Source of the DNA: an uncultured Chlamydiae bacterium
GTDB lineage: Bacteria > Chlamydiota > Chlamydiia > Chlamydiales > SM23-39
Direction: 5' to 3'
Assembly (NCBI GenBank): GCA_963828125.1
Contig: CAWHDP010000002.1
Location: 576,001 to 640,000 of the forward strand
Length of the DNA stretch: 64,000 nt
The notes beneath the pieces were generated by a model. It was not told where the DNA came from, did no database searches, and saw nothing but the letters and a program-made list of their open reading frames with translations. Of the stretch, positions 20,320 to 30,447 are shown one piece after another. Positions within the stretch are counted from its first letter, which is position 1, and the number at the start of each line of letters is the position of its first letter. The translations under genes and the position numbers were made by a program.

Positions 20320-23300
20320 TTCTTACCTCCATAGTTTTCAATATAATCGTTAATATGACGCCTTATCTTCGGTGCAAAAGTCGGACTTAAAAACTCATGA
20401 TCCCAAAAATTGGCGTTAGGATGAGGTTCTAGCACTTGCAACTGATTTCCATATTTTATCTTCCCTATGACGTCGAGACGAGTAACAATATCCCGCCTAC
20501 TCATGTAGTTATAAGACCTAAAGCATAGTTCTTCTGGAATAATGGCAGCGGGGGCAAGAGCTAGGCTAATGATTCTTTGCTGGACTGATTTTGGCGAGGT
20601 CAAAAGAGCATTGTAGACCTGAAGGGCGCCTCCACTGTGGCTAATCTGTAGAAATTTTTCATCAGGTCCATGTGTGGCAATAAAGTGATTCCATTGATTT
20701 TTTAATAATTGAACGGGTGGAGTATGCATTCTCATATGTCCTAGTCCGCATTCTAGGACATCGATCACTATTGATACCCACTGAATACTATCCCAGTTGG
20801 TTGCATTATAAATCCCATAAACTTTGGCTCCCCCTGCATATTGGCTCAATTGTTGTGCACTTGCTATAGATTTAGTTTGTTGATTGTTAATCCCATTGAT
20901 GAATCCTATTCCACCACAAGGTAAATCAAAAGAACCTACCTGGAAAGAGCCTGAACGCATCAGATCGTGATTTGCAAGATAGGCGGGAATAGCGTTAAAG
21001 CCTTGAATGGCTTGATTTAATCCGTTGAAAGGCTGCAAAGCACCGATCACAAGAGGTTTGATTGATTGATACACAGGAGACGCAAATCGACCATCTGGAT
21101 CAAAGTAATTAACTGGATCCCCATTAGCATAAGCATATAGATCTAGGCACATCGGGTAAGACACCGGATCTTGGCTTAAGAATTGACCGCTTCTAGAATC
21201 ATAGTATCTATCCCCCATCCAGATGAAACCTGTTGGGTCTTGGGCCTTACTATGCCAATTCAAAGACTGGGCATAAGAAATCAGATCTGAAGAAACAGAA
21301 GGATTTATTTCAAGAGGCCCATAGAAGGAAGGGGGCGTTTCGCTATAGAGAATCCCTTGGTGAGAAACAACTCCTGTCAGCTGCCTCAATGCATTGTGCA
21401 TTAGGGTAACGGATGCTCCTGTTTCATCACTGATCGCATCGCAAGCATCCGGCCCATAAATTTTCCAAAAGGTTTTCCCTTCGATTTGTACCCCGATCTC
21501 TTGAAATTCTTCTTCAGGATCGTAGAGAGAATGGGTGATTAAAGTTTGCTCTCCTGATTTTGTATAGCGAGTCTGGAGTCTTCTACCCAAAGCATCGTAA
21601 GAGGCTTCCCAGAGATAAGAAGGGTCGGTCACTTTGGTCAATTTGCCCCATGGATCCCAAGACAATTGTTTTTGACCATGAGTAATCACCTCTCCTATTG
21701 CATTGTAACCTGTTGAAAGAGACGTCTTTTCAAACACCGAAGCAAGAATTCTACCGAAATCATCTAATCCGTTTTGCGGCACATACCAACCTGGGGCGGC
21801 TGTTCGAACGCCGGCGCCTGCAGACCCAAAATCAAAATCGTATTTTTCCGACCCTGTCGATATTAAATGCCCTCTTTCATTGTAAGAAAAACTCTGATCT
21901 CTTCCTGGAGCAGTATAGGTATAGATTTTTCCTGAAGGGTACCAATTGAGCTGCTCCTGATAAAAGCCTTCAGGTAGACTGGTTACAACAGTCTCTGGTA
22001 ACCCTGAGGAATTATAATCGATCGTAGTAGAACTCAGTCGGCTATTTTTGCTCTTCAGAGTTCCGCTGAGTTCATACGAATAGGATACTCCTACAGCTTG
22101 AGTTGAAACCTGAATGAGCTGATTGTTCTGATAGAAGAAATCACGAACATGGTTTCCAATCTGCAAAGAACGACTATTAGCCGTCCATTTCTGCTTTGTC
22201 TCTTGGATCAGATTGGAATTCAAATAGACTGACTCAAGAGCTAAATTACCATCTGCATCATACGAGCGCTCTACTAGAGAATTTTCGTTTTGCGACCCAT
22301 ATACCCAGCTAGATAGCCAGGAAGAGGCTACATCTGTAGTCTGACTTGCTGCCCTTAGAAATCCCCTGGGCTCATAAGTATAAGTACGCTTGCCGCCTTC
22401 AACGCTATCTTGGAAGACCCTTCCATAGTCATCATAAAGATAAGTATGAGTCCGTTGCATAGGATCTCTAGCTTCTCTGAGGTAGCCATTTTCATAAGAG
22501 AAGGTCCAGCGTTCAGAGGAACCTCTTGAAGAGATAAGCTCCTCTGATTTCTTTCTATGCATTGAATCATACGAAGCTTTCCAGACATTGCCGTTAGGTA
22601 GGTGGTATTCGGCTAAGTTAGAGTCTAAATCATAGACAAATTCAAGAACGGTTCCATCGGGTAAATATTTTTGGGTCAAGCGGCCTAATCCATCGAATTC
22701 TTGGCGGGTGATTCTTCCATCTCCGTCGATTGAAATAATGCGATTTCCACAAGCGTCATATTCGTACTTAGCTGTGATTTCGCCTTTTTCAATCTTAATT
22801 GGCAACCCAAGAGCATTTCTCCAAGTGACTGTTCTTTCATCTCCTTCAATGACTTCTTCCTTGTCATGCTCAAGGTCAACCTGGAGTTCTGAGACAGAAA
22901 TAAGAGTCCCTCTAGAGTCGCTGGTCTCTGATTTAATAGCTCTTGCCCCAGCATATTGAGTGGTGGTGGTCTCGCCGCTTGGAAGAGTGCAAACGACAAG
23001 GTTATCCTGATACTTCCAGCTTGTGTGCTTGCCGCTAGGACTTATCTCGGTCTTAGGCCGATTAAGACTGTCATAGGTTTTTTCTGAGGTATAACCTGCA
23101 GCATCCGTAAATTTGATGAGATTTCCTCTCGGATCAAATCCGCTGATTTCAGAATTTTTCGTCGCTAGATGAGTTCTTATCACTCGATGATGGGGGTCGT
23201 CGTATGTGATTTCCCAAGAAATTCCCTTCTTTGTTTCTAAGACCGGACGCCCTAAAACATCATAAACTGTCGTATTCTTCGTTCCATCTGGATAAATCTC

Positions 23301-26300
23301 CTCTTTGAGAAGGCCATTGGTTGTGTAATGACGTGTTGTTTGACCTCCAGATGGCGATGTGAGAGTTTCAAGGAGCCCCCCTGCTTCGTAAGAAAAAAGA
23401 GCTGTATGTCCCTCTTTAGTTTCCGATTTTACTCGGCCAAGGGGATCGTAGTCTCTATAAGTTACATATCCTCTAGGATCTGTTTCTTCGATGAGATATC
23501 CACAAGAATTGTATTCGTAAAGGGTATAGGCAATCGAACGGCTGGGGGTAAGAGATTGTCTCTTTGCTTTGGCGAGGCCTGAGGCGTGGTAATCAAAGTA
23601 GACGATATTCTCAGAATTCTCTGTCTGCTTCCATGTAGGAGCGCTATTCAGATCGTATCCGATATATGATGCAGCAATCAGCTCCCCCGAAGGTGAAAAT
23701 ACCTTTGATTCGATTTGATTCCCCATAAGATCGTAGTCATTCTCTTGGGTTCCGTCGATGGCTCTGATTTCTATGCATTGCCCTTGATGATTGTAGGTAT
23801 AAGTGGTGACAACATCTGGATCATCCGTTCCCGTCATTTGGATTTTTTCTTTTGGGAAACCTCGATCGTTATAATGCCAGACAGTGATCGCCCCAGAACG
23901 GTCTTCTTTTTCCAGTTGTCCCAAGGAGTTGTAATCGAAATCAACGTAGGAAGTCAGGGTGTTTTCGCTGTATTTCTCGATTCTTTTTGGTAAATAAGGA
24001 AATGTAGTGTCATAGGAAGTGAGCGTTTTTTGCCCATAGACTTCTTCTTTAATGCAGAGATTTCTCTCATTGTAGGCAAGTTTCTTGGTAGCTTTTGATT
24101 CCCCTCTTCCTGTGAGATCCTCACCTTCAATCGTGATGAATTCAGGATTCCCACGATCGTCGTAAAGGTAAGAGGTTATGAGTCCTCGTTTATCCGTTAT
24201 GGACTGTAGGCTTCGGATAGCTCCGCCCTTTTGATTCCATTCCACAACTCGCTCAGTTTCTGGATCAAACCACGACTCTTTGTCTATAAACCAAGCTTGA
24301 AGCGTGATAAAACCAAGAGGATCGGTGATTTTGTAGATCTGTTTATCATGGATTTGATATGTGGTTTTATTTCCTTCGGCATCTGCGACAATCGTTTTCC
24401 CATCGACATATTCAAATGTAGCTGTCGTGATCATTTGTTGGTTATAACCCATGGGAGATCTTTGCTCTTTGACTTGTCCCTTATCGGTATAGACGTTTTC
24501 TAGGACTTTCCCATGAGGCTTTGTTTCTCGAATGATCCGATGGTTCCGATCGTATGTGTAGCTAATCTCAGCCGTATTGGGGAGCGTGACTTTAACAAGA
24601 TCTCCTTGAGAATCATAATCGTAAGAAATACGCCGACCGTCTTTTGCATAGATTTCAGAGATATTGCCTTCATGATTGTAATGGACCCCGCAGAAATCTC
24701 CATTGGAACTTTCGATACGGGATAAGCGATCATTTTTATAGGAGAAAGAGAGGGTATGCCCTCTAGCATCTGACCATTGTTGAAGAAGTCCCTCTTTGTA
24801 GGATCTTTTTGATCCATCCGCTCCATATAAGACATCATTTTCGATGTAGGAATGGAAAGGGCTAGCAGAGCTGCCTATTCCCTGCTGATTAAAATTGGAG
24901 AGCTCTGGATTTTCTTCGGGGAAGACTTCCCATCGATCGGTCTGCCGATTGTAGCTGTAAACGATCACCGTTCCGTCTAATTCAGCAGCAAAGCGTTTAC
25001 CGTCTTGGTCTACAAGAAACGGATTTAAGCTGAGCTTCCATCCGCAACCGAGATCACCAATGAGTGGGTTTTGGCTATTATAGTTACGGCGAATGGTTAG
25101 AGGGAAAGGTCCTGGAAGAACCAGATCGATTTCATCGATATAGAACGCTCCTGATACAATATCAATGGGGTCTGCTACAAAGTTCCAGCTATCTCTAAAA
25201 CCTGCTCTTACATCAGAAATCCAATCTCTCTTTCCTGGTATAGATTTTTCAATGGTTGGAACAGGATGAGCTGGAAGGTTCGAGAAATTAGTCTGCGCAG
25301 GAACTTGGAGTGCATAGCCATTCGTATAGCTACTAGATGTAGGGACAAGATCCCAATTTCTAATCGCCCAGGGAGAAAGATAGTAGTTGGGAAGTGGGGT
25401 CCCCAGACCTCCATTGGTTACGATGTCGTTAATAGAAATCAGGGCATACCATGCATGAGGGCTTATGATGATAGTCCCCATTTCCTTACGCATTCCATCT
25501 AAGCTAGTTACCAATCCAGGAGTCATATAAGCATAGGTCCAACTGCTACATGGTTGATTCGGATCCATAAGAGTTTGCAGCATGTTCCATTGCCACGGCG
25601 ATACAGTCTTTAAATCAGAAAGATTGAAGTCTTTTAAATTAGAAAAATACTGGCTTTGAGCGGACTTAGGGTTTTTATTGGCAGCTTCAAAACTAGCTGG
25701 AGTAAGAGTCAAAAACCCCGCTCCTTCTAATCCTTGCTTTTGTTGCTCAAGATGAGCTAACTGCAGTAGTTTCACCGTAGAAACAGCATAGTCGTCTTTA
25801 AAAATTTCTCGTAAAATCTGATGTTCATTCGAAGAACCGTCAATTAGAGAGAGCGCTTCAAAACCAGTCCTCGCTGTATGCAGCTCCTGATGCCAGGCTG
25901 AAGGAGTTGATAACTCCGAAGGACCCGCATGAAAGCGGAACATATCGACTTGAGGAAGTACTAGGTCTTCCTCTCCTCTAAAAGGGCCTTTTGAAAGGTC
26001 AGGAGAGAGCTTAGCAAGTCCAAAAGCAAATGGGGAGGTAGGATTGACCTTATGCAAGGCAGCAAGAATATTGGTTGATCTACTGCATTTCTCGAAATAT
26101 GAGGCTCCAACAAAGGCCAAAAGAGATAAAAGTTTCTTTTTCTCATCTTTTTGAACTTTAAATTGCTCAAAATATTGGGAGGTCACTTTGGGACTATCCC
26201 CACCGAAATGTGAACAAAGTGCTGCACTAGTCCCTTTCTCTATCCAGAACGTTTGTTTTTGGGCAAGACTCTGATTCCCAAGAAGAAATTCTACTTGAAT

Positions 26301-28793
26301 AGAGATATCAATAACCCGATCTGAGGAATCCAGCTGAACTGCAGATAAATCTTTTCCTGCCAATTGAGCGAAAAGAGTCTGATTGTTCCCATTGGTATCA
26401 AAACGAATAAAAGATGCTCCCGAATTGAAAAAAGGTACCGGGAATGTACGAGAGATTAATTTTTTAGGATTTTGACGAGAATTTATATCTATTTTCATCC
26501 AAGCATATATTTGGGGAATCGCATCTAATGAGTTATAAATTTGAGGTTGAGATTGGATGCTGGGATGGGGAAAATCGCCCCAACAGGAGTATTGTTTTTT
26601 TAGTTGGATTCGATGAACCCCAACATCGCTTAAGTGTAACCCCTGTTTTCTTAAATTCTCTTCCACAAAACGGACAAAAAGCACCCCGGCCGTGTCGTCT
26701 CCGTCAGGTCCAATATGCTTGAAGATTTCTTGGTCTCCTTTCAGGTACTGTAAGATCCATTGATCGGCGCCCGCATATTTTTCTGGTAAAAAGCTGTAAA
26801 GGTCATGTCCTTCATGGACTTGGATATCCTTCATCCAAGGAAAAAGAGAGATCCATTCCCTACCGTCAAAAAATAAGACCCATGGATATTTAAGCAGAGC
26901 TTCCTGTTTGTCTTCCGGCAGTTTGGTTAAAAGCATTCGCTCTACAAAATCCTTAGGAAGTGAGCAAGAGTCTCCTAAAGCATAGACTGCTTTGAAACCC
27001 GCTTTGCGTAAAAGGTAAACGAGTAGCTGACATTGCTCCCAAGCAGATCCTTGTTTTTCAAGAAATGTTGTACAAGGATTTCTATAAACACTTACTGGAT
27101 GAATGACACCATTTTCTTGATGGAAAAATGCATCGACGAGAGCAATTTCATTTTGGACAAAGCTAGCCAACGCTAGAGGGTCTTTTCTCAGCTCTTCAAC
27201 GAGCTGATCCAATACAGGATAAACCATCGATTCTAACGAAGTGATGAGCCGTTGCTCCCCTTCTTTCAGCGTTACATCTATAGAGGGTAGTGAAGTAGAA
27301 TTTATAGGTTTATTGGGTTGAGCCGAAGCTGGTTTTCTCAAAGTTTCAAGCTGCCATGGTGGAGGAGCTGAAAATTGACACACATAGTGTGCCGAGTCTT
27401 CCCCTAAGGAAATCACAAATTGGTAACGCAAGTCCGTACTTTTTTGTGAAACAATCAAAGAAAATTTGTTGTGTGGATCAGCAGCAAAACTTAGACGCAG
27501 GTCTAAACCGAAGTCCGACTTCAGTTTTGTATCCGGAATGAAAACCATTCCATTCTTTAGATAGTCTTCCCAACTATCGGTATTTTTAAAAGGAAGAGCG
27601 ATTTTTTCTGTATGGACTTCCTGTCCATTTTCAAGAACTTTGATGGTGAGCTCGGGCTCGGACGTGTGGCTTTGGATCAAAAATCGATAAAACTGATCTG
27701 TATAAAGAGAAAAATCCCCTTCCTTTTTCCCTGTTTGCCCATCTAGTGGAACTATTCTAGGAAGAGGCTCATTTTTAACCGTTTCAGGCAAATAAAGATC
27801 AGGGTTTAAAAGGAAATCACTTTTAAAAAATAACTCTCTCCTCTCTTTTTCCCGAGCCTCGAATTCCTCTTTAGAAAAAACTGGTTTTACATCTGTTAAT
27901 CGGTTGTCATCAGCTTCTTTCTCAAAAGCAGCAACAAATTCCTCTAATTGCGCTTGTTCCTGTTTGAGAGCAGAAGCTTCCTCGCTGGTATTTCCATCAA
28001 GTAATTGTTCTAATAGGAAAAGGGCGTGTTTTTGTAAGTCATAGCAGCTTCGCTTTAATCCTTTTTCTGTCAAAAGCCTGCAGTCTGATTTGATTTCTGC
28101 TATTTTCTCTTTGCAGACTGCTCTATTATTCGCCGCGGCAGACGGCCACTCAACTGCTTCGTTTTTGTATTTCTCAGCTAGTTCTTGATAATTTGCTGCC
28201 TGACGCCTTAAGGCTGCCTTGTCTTCTTCTTGAGGATAAGGATTGATAAGAGATAGAGCTTGATTTGTAAGAGAAAAAGCTTCTTCATAGAGTTTTGCTA
28301 TTTCATTGAGAACCGAAACAACCTCATCGGCATTATTGAATCCCCTTTCACAACTTCTACCTTTATTTCCTGCTACTGCAGCTTTTTCCAGGCTTGTATT
28401 ATAAAGAGCTGTGGCAGAAATATTCGCCTCAACCCTGCCGATGTCGATCTGCAGTTGATTAATCTCTGCATTTAACCCCCGTTTTTCTTTCTCACATCGA
28501 CTTTTTAAATCCACTCTCCACTGTTTTTTGCGATCATCTTTTTTCTTACTGGCGATATCATTTAGAATGGCATCGCAGTGCCCCACGGCTCTTTGGCAAC
28601 ATGCGAGCGATTCCTTAAGGAGCTGAAGTCCTTCTTGAGTATACGGCTTTTTCTGAAATTGCTGGATTAGTTCAGTGTGTCGATTCCATTCGGGAAGAAT
28701 TTTGTGAAAGATGTTCGCACATTCTTCTTGGTTAAGAGCATACATCAAGGTGGGAAGGAGAAAGACAATGAGAAAAAAACGCTGCCATTTCAT
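20316..28793 (-). CDS. Giant RHS toxin (RHS-B): signal peptide, helical N-terminus, degenerate transglutaminase-like domain, YD repeats, hydrolase tip
   Basis: MKWQRFFLIVFLLPTLMYA; GSAWEQCQLLVYLLRKAGFKAVY; VADPIDIVSG..RNYNS..GWK; RYYDS..FLSQDP..DPDG; tip ISHSGG..DHEF. Confidence 0.93.
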   Translation of the reverse strand: MKWQRFFLIVFLLPTLMYALNQEECANIFHKILPEWNRHTELIQQFQKKPYTQEGLQLLKESLACCQRAVGHCDAILNDIASKKKDDRKKQWRVDLKSRCEKEKRGLNAEINQLQIDIGRVEANISATALYNTSLEKAAVAGNKGRSCERGFNNADEVVSVLNEIAKLYEEAFSLTNQALSLINPYPQEEDKAALRRQAANYQELAEKYKNEAVEWPSAAANNRAVCKEKIAEIKSDCRLLTEKGLKRSCYDLQKHALFLLEQLLDGNTSEEASALKQEQAQLEEFVAAFEKEADDNRLTDVKPVFSKEEFEAREKERRELFFKSDFLLNPDLYLPETVKNEPLPRIVPLDGQTGKKEGDFSLYTDQFYRFLIQSHTSEPELTIKVLENGQEVHTEKIALPFKNTDSWEDYLKNGMVFIPDTKLKSDFGLDLRLSFAADPHNKFSLIVSQKSTDLRYQFVISLGEDSAHYVCQFSAPPPWQLETLRKPASAQPNKPINSTSLPSIDVTLKEGEQRLITSLESMVYPVLDQLVEELRKDPLALASFVQNEIALVDAFFHQENGVIHPVSVYRNPCTTFLEKQGSAWEQCQLLVYLLRKAGFKAVYALGDSCSLPKDFVERMLLTKLPEDKQEALLKYPWVLFFDGREWISLFPWMKDIQVHEGHDLYSFLPEKYAGADQWILQYLKGDQEIFKHIGPDGDDTAGVLFVRFVEENLRKQGLHLSDVGVHRIQLKKQYSCWGDFPHPSIQSQPQIYNSLDAIPQIYAWMKIDINSRQNPKKLISRTFPVPFFNSGASFIRFDTNGNNQTLFAQLAGKDLSAVQLDSSDRVIDISIQVEFLLGNQSLAQKQTFWIEKGTSAALCSHFGGDSPKVTSQYFEQFKVQKDEKKKLLSLLAFVGASYFEKCSRSTNILAALHKVNPTSPFAFGLAKLSPDLSKGPFRGEEDLVLPQVDMFRFHAGPSELSTPSAWHQELHTARTGFEALSLIDGSSNEHQILREIFKDDYAVSTVKLLQLAHLEQQKQGLEGAGFLTLTPASFEAANKNPKSAQSQYFSNLKDFNLSDLKTVSPWQWNMLQTLMDPNQPCSSWTYAYMTPGLVTSLDGMRKEMGTIIISPHAWYALISINDIVTNGGLGTPLPNYYLSPWAIRNWDLVPTSSSYTNGYALQVPAQTNFSNLPAHPVPTIEKSIPGKRDWISDVRAGFRDSWNFVADPIDIVSGAFYIDEIDLVLPGPFPLTIRRNYNSQNPLIGDLGCGWKLSLNPFLVDQDGKRFAAELDGTVIVYSYNRQTDRWEVFPEENPELSNFNQQGIGSSASPFHSYIENDVLYGADGSKRSYKEGLLQQWSDARGHTLSFSYKNDRLSRIESSNGDFCGVHYNHEGNISEIYAKDGRRISYDYDSQGDLVKVTLPNTAEISYTYDRNHRIIRETKPHGKVLENVYTDKGQVKEQRSPMGYNQQMITTATFEYVDGKTIVADAEGNKTTYQIHDKQIYKITDPLGFITLQAWFIDKESWFDPETERVVEWNQKGGAIRSLQSITDKRGLITSYLYDDRGNPEFITIEGEDLTGRGESKATKKLAYNERNLCIKEEVYGQKTLTSYDTTFPYLPKRIEKYSENTLTSYVDFDYNSLGQLEKEDRSGAITVWHYNDRGFPKEKIQMTGTDDPDVVTTYTYNHQGQCIEIRAIDGTQENDYDLMGNQIESKVFSPSGELIAASYIGYDLNSAPTWKQTENSENIVYFDYHASGLAKAKRQSLTPSRSIAYTLYEYNSCGYLIEETDPRGYVTYRDYDPLGRVKSETKEGHTALFSYEAGGLLETLTSPSGGQTTRHYTTNGLLKEEIYPDGTKNTTVYDVLGRPVLETKKGISWEITYDDPHHRVIRTHLATKNSEISGFDPRGNLIKFTDAAGYTSEKTYDSLNRPKTEISPSGKHTSWKYQDNLVVCTLPSGETTTTQYAGARAIKSETSDSRGTLISVSELQVDLEHDKEEVIEGDERTVTWRNALGLPIKIEKGEITAKYEYDACGNRIISIDGDGRITRQEFDGLGRLTQKYLPDGTVLEFVYDLDSNLAEYHLPNGNVWKASYDSMHRKKSEELISSRGSSERWTFSYENGYLREARDPMQRTHTYLYDDYGRVFQDSVEGGKRTYTYEPRGFLRAASQTTDVASSWLSSWVYGSQNENSLVERSYDADGNLALESVYLNSNLIQETKQKWTANSRSLQIGNHVRDFFYQNNQLIQVSTQAVGVSYSYELSGTLKSKNSRLSSTTIDYNSSGLPETVVTSLPEGFYQEQLNWYPSGKIYTYTAPGRDQSFSYNERGHLISTGSEKYDFDFGSAGAGVRTAAPGWYVPQNGLDDFGRILASVFEKTSLSTGYNAIGEVITHGQKQLSWDPWGKLTKVTDPSYLWEASYDALGRRLQTRYTKSGEQTLITHSLYDPEEEFQEIGVQIEGKTFWKIYGPDACDAISDETGASVTLMHNALRQLTGVVSHQGILYSETPPSFYGPLEINPSVSSDLISYAQSLNWHSKAQDPTGFIWMGDRYYDSRSGQFLSQDPVSYPMCLDLYAYANGDPVNYFDPDGRFASPVYQSIKPLVIGALQPFNGLNQAIQGFNAIPAYLANHDLMRSGSFQVGSFDLPCGGIGFINGINNQQTKSIASAQQLSQYAGGAKVYGIYNATNWDSIQWVSIVIDVLECGLGHMRMHTPPVQLLKNQWNHFIATHGPDEKFLQISHSGGALQVYNALLTSPKSVQQRIISLALAPAAIIPEELCFRSYNYMSRRDIVTRLDVIGKIKYGNQLQVLEPHPNANFWDHEFLSPTFAPKIRRHINDYIENYGGKK

Positions 28794-29007
28794 AAGTGAT
28801 CATTGCATATAAGAAAAAAAAAGATCTTATCCAAAATCCCTTTTCCCTCAGAAGAGAAAACTTGCTTTGATACAATTTCCGTGGACCATTTGTGGACCAC
28901 TGGCATGCAAAAAAGTGCGATAAATGACGACAGTTCACAGTAGCTTGAAAGGCTAGCTTTCCGCTATGATTCCGGGGAGTTAGCTGCTGGGAAGTGGCGA
29001 AGGTGCT

Positions 29008-29054
29008 GCGGACTCATAACCCGTTGGTCCCTGGTTCAAGTCCAGGTTGCCCCA
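29008..29054 (+). repeat. att core: tRNA-CAT 3' half, copy 3
   Basis: GCGGACTCATAACCCGTTGGTCCCTGGTTCAAGTCCAGGTTGCCCCA; the upstream sequence is island arm, not a tRNA 5' half. Confidence 0.9.
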
Positions 29055-29220
29055 TATTTTCAACCAACGCAATTCCAGGAACTTAAGCGCGTACCTCTTG
29101 CCCTAAAAATATCTTTTAGGCTACGTTCCAGCGCTTACGGTGCAAAAACGGTGCAGCGAAAAGCAACTCTATTCGCCACTGCAATCCAGCCACCTAAACA
29201 CATAACCATAAGGTGGAACC

Positions 29221-30294
29221 ATGGCAGTATACAAAAGAAAAGACGGTAAAAGCTGGCGCGCAGTCGTCCGGATGAAGGGCTACCCTACAGTCTGCGATCA
29301 CTTCGATCGAAAGCCGGAAGCTGAAGACTGGGTACGCGACACCCGCAACAAGATCAAACTCGGCCAGTACAAATTTGACCAACATAAAAAGCACCACACC
29401 TTCAACAGCCTCCTAGAGCAATACATTGCAAACGGCGCTCTCGAACACCACCGTTCCGCCGATGATACACGCCACCACCTCTCCTACTGGCAATCTCGCT
29501 TCGGCTCTTACGATCTCGTCCACATCACCCACGAATTCATCGCCAAAGAAAGGCTCCTCCTTTCAAACACTCCCTCGGCGTCTGGGAAAAAACGCACGAA
29601 CTCCACAGTCAATCGATACACCGCCTCCCTATCCGCCATCTTCACCTACGCTACCCGCCAACTCCATTGGATCAGCGAAAGCCCCTGCATCCATCTTCAA
29701 AAACTCAAAGAAAACCCTGGACGCGACCGCATCCTCTCCGAAGCTGAAATTGAACGCCTCCTCGATGCCTGCCGCAAAAGCCGCAGCACCTATCTCTACT
29801 GCATCATCATCCTCTCTCTCACAACCGGCGCCCGCCAGGGTGAAATCCTCAATCTCGAATGGAAAGATTTAGACTTCAATAATCGCCTCGCCTATCTGAA
29901 GCAAACTAAAAATGGCCGTCCCCGCAGCATCTCCCTCGCCGATCCCGTCATTGATGAGCTCAAGCGCCTCTACGAACTCCGCCATCCCCTCAAGCCTCTC
30001 GTGTTTGCCAGTAAAACCGCCTTTGGCCGCATCGACATCAAGAAAGCCTGGCAAACAGTCCTGCGTATTGCTGGAATCACCAATTGCCGGGCACACGACA
30101 TGCGCCACACCTTCGCAACGTTCGCCGCTGCGCAAGGCGCCTCCAACCTCGAACTCGCCACCGCAATGGGCCACCGCACGCTGCAAATGCTCCAAAGGTA
30201 TACACATTTGGATGTACAAGTGACGAAGAGGTTCAGCAAAAATATCTCTGAGAAAATTCTCTGGACGGAGCCAACTCTCACTGATCTTCTTTAA
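29221..30294 (+). CDS. Tyrosine integrase, apparently intact
   Basis: TGARQGE (R), TKNG (K), HDMRH (HxxR), MGH, QRY (Y); N-terminal arm-binding domain; ~170 bp downstream of the att core. Confidence 0.95.
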   Translation: MAVYKRKDGKSWRAVVRMKGYPTVCDHFDRKPEAEDWVRDTRNKIKLGQYKFDQHKKHHTFNSLLEQYIANGALEHHRSADDTRHHLSYWQSRFGSYDLVHITHEFIAKERLLLSNTPSASGKKRTNSTVNRYTASLSAIFTYATRQLHWISESPCIHLQKLKENPGRDRILSEAEIERLLDACRKSRSTYLYCIIILSLTTGARQGEILNLEWKDLDFNNRLAYLKQTKNGRPRSISLADPVIDELKRLYELRHPLKPLVFASKTAFGRIDIKKAWQTVLRIAGITNCRAHDMRHTFATFAAAQGASNLELATAMGHRTLQMLQRYTHLDVQVTKRFSKNISEKILWTEPTLTDLL

Positions 30295-30387
30295 AACCAT
30301 TGACGGGCAGCACCTATGAAATTTTTCTCTTTCAGAATACACGCAACTATCTAGGAATAAATTGCTTGTATTTTTAACACATAAGAT

Positions 30388-30435
30388 TATGTAATTCAGG
30401 CACCCACTTGATGTTTTTGGGTACTTGTGTTACAT
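30388..30435. promoter_or_regulatory. Orphaned copy of the abiE upstream inverted repeat
   Basis: Nearly identical to 37248-37295, but no abiEi follows. Confidence 0.65.
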
Positions 30436-30447
30436 CCGGACAAGCCC

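Larger units (their letters stand above)
17357..29054 (+). mobile_element. Chimeric tRNA-targeted island carrying RHS-B
   Basis: Cores at both ends; left arm class CGGTGCA (17490, 17501) but right arm class GTGGACCA (28881, 28892); integrase truncated. Confidence 0.7.

Noticed and set aside
18167..21000. Diversity-generating retroelement template/variable repeat pair
   Set aside because: The repeats are gene-sized, the differences are not adenine-specific, and the only RT-related sequence is a group II intron remnant lacking the RT domain.
11050..29054. Functional tRNA-Met/Ile2 genes at 11083, 17357 and 29008
   Set aside because: Only the anticodon arm to the acceptor 3' strand is present; upstream sequence cannot form a D arm or the 5' acceptor strand.
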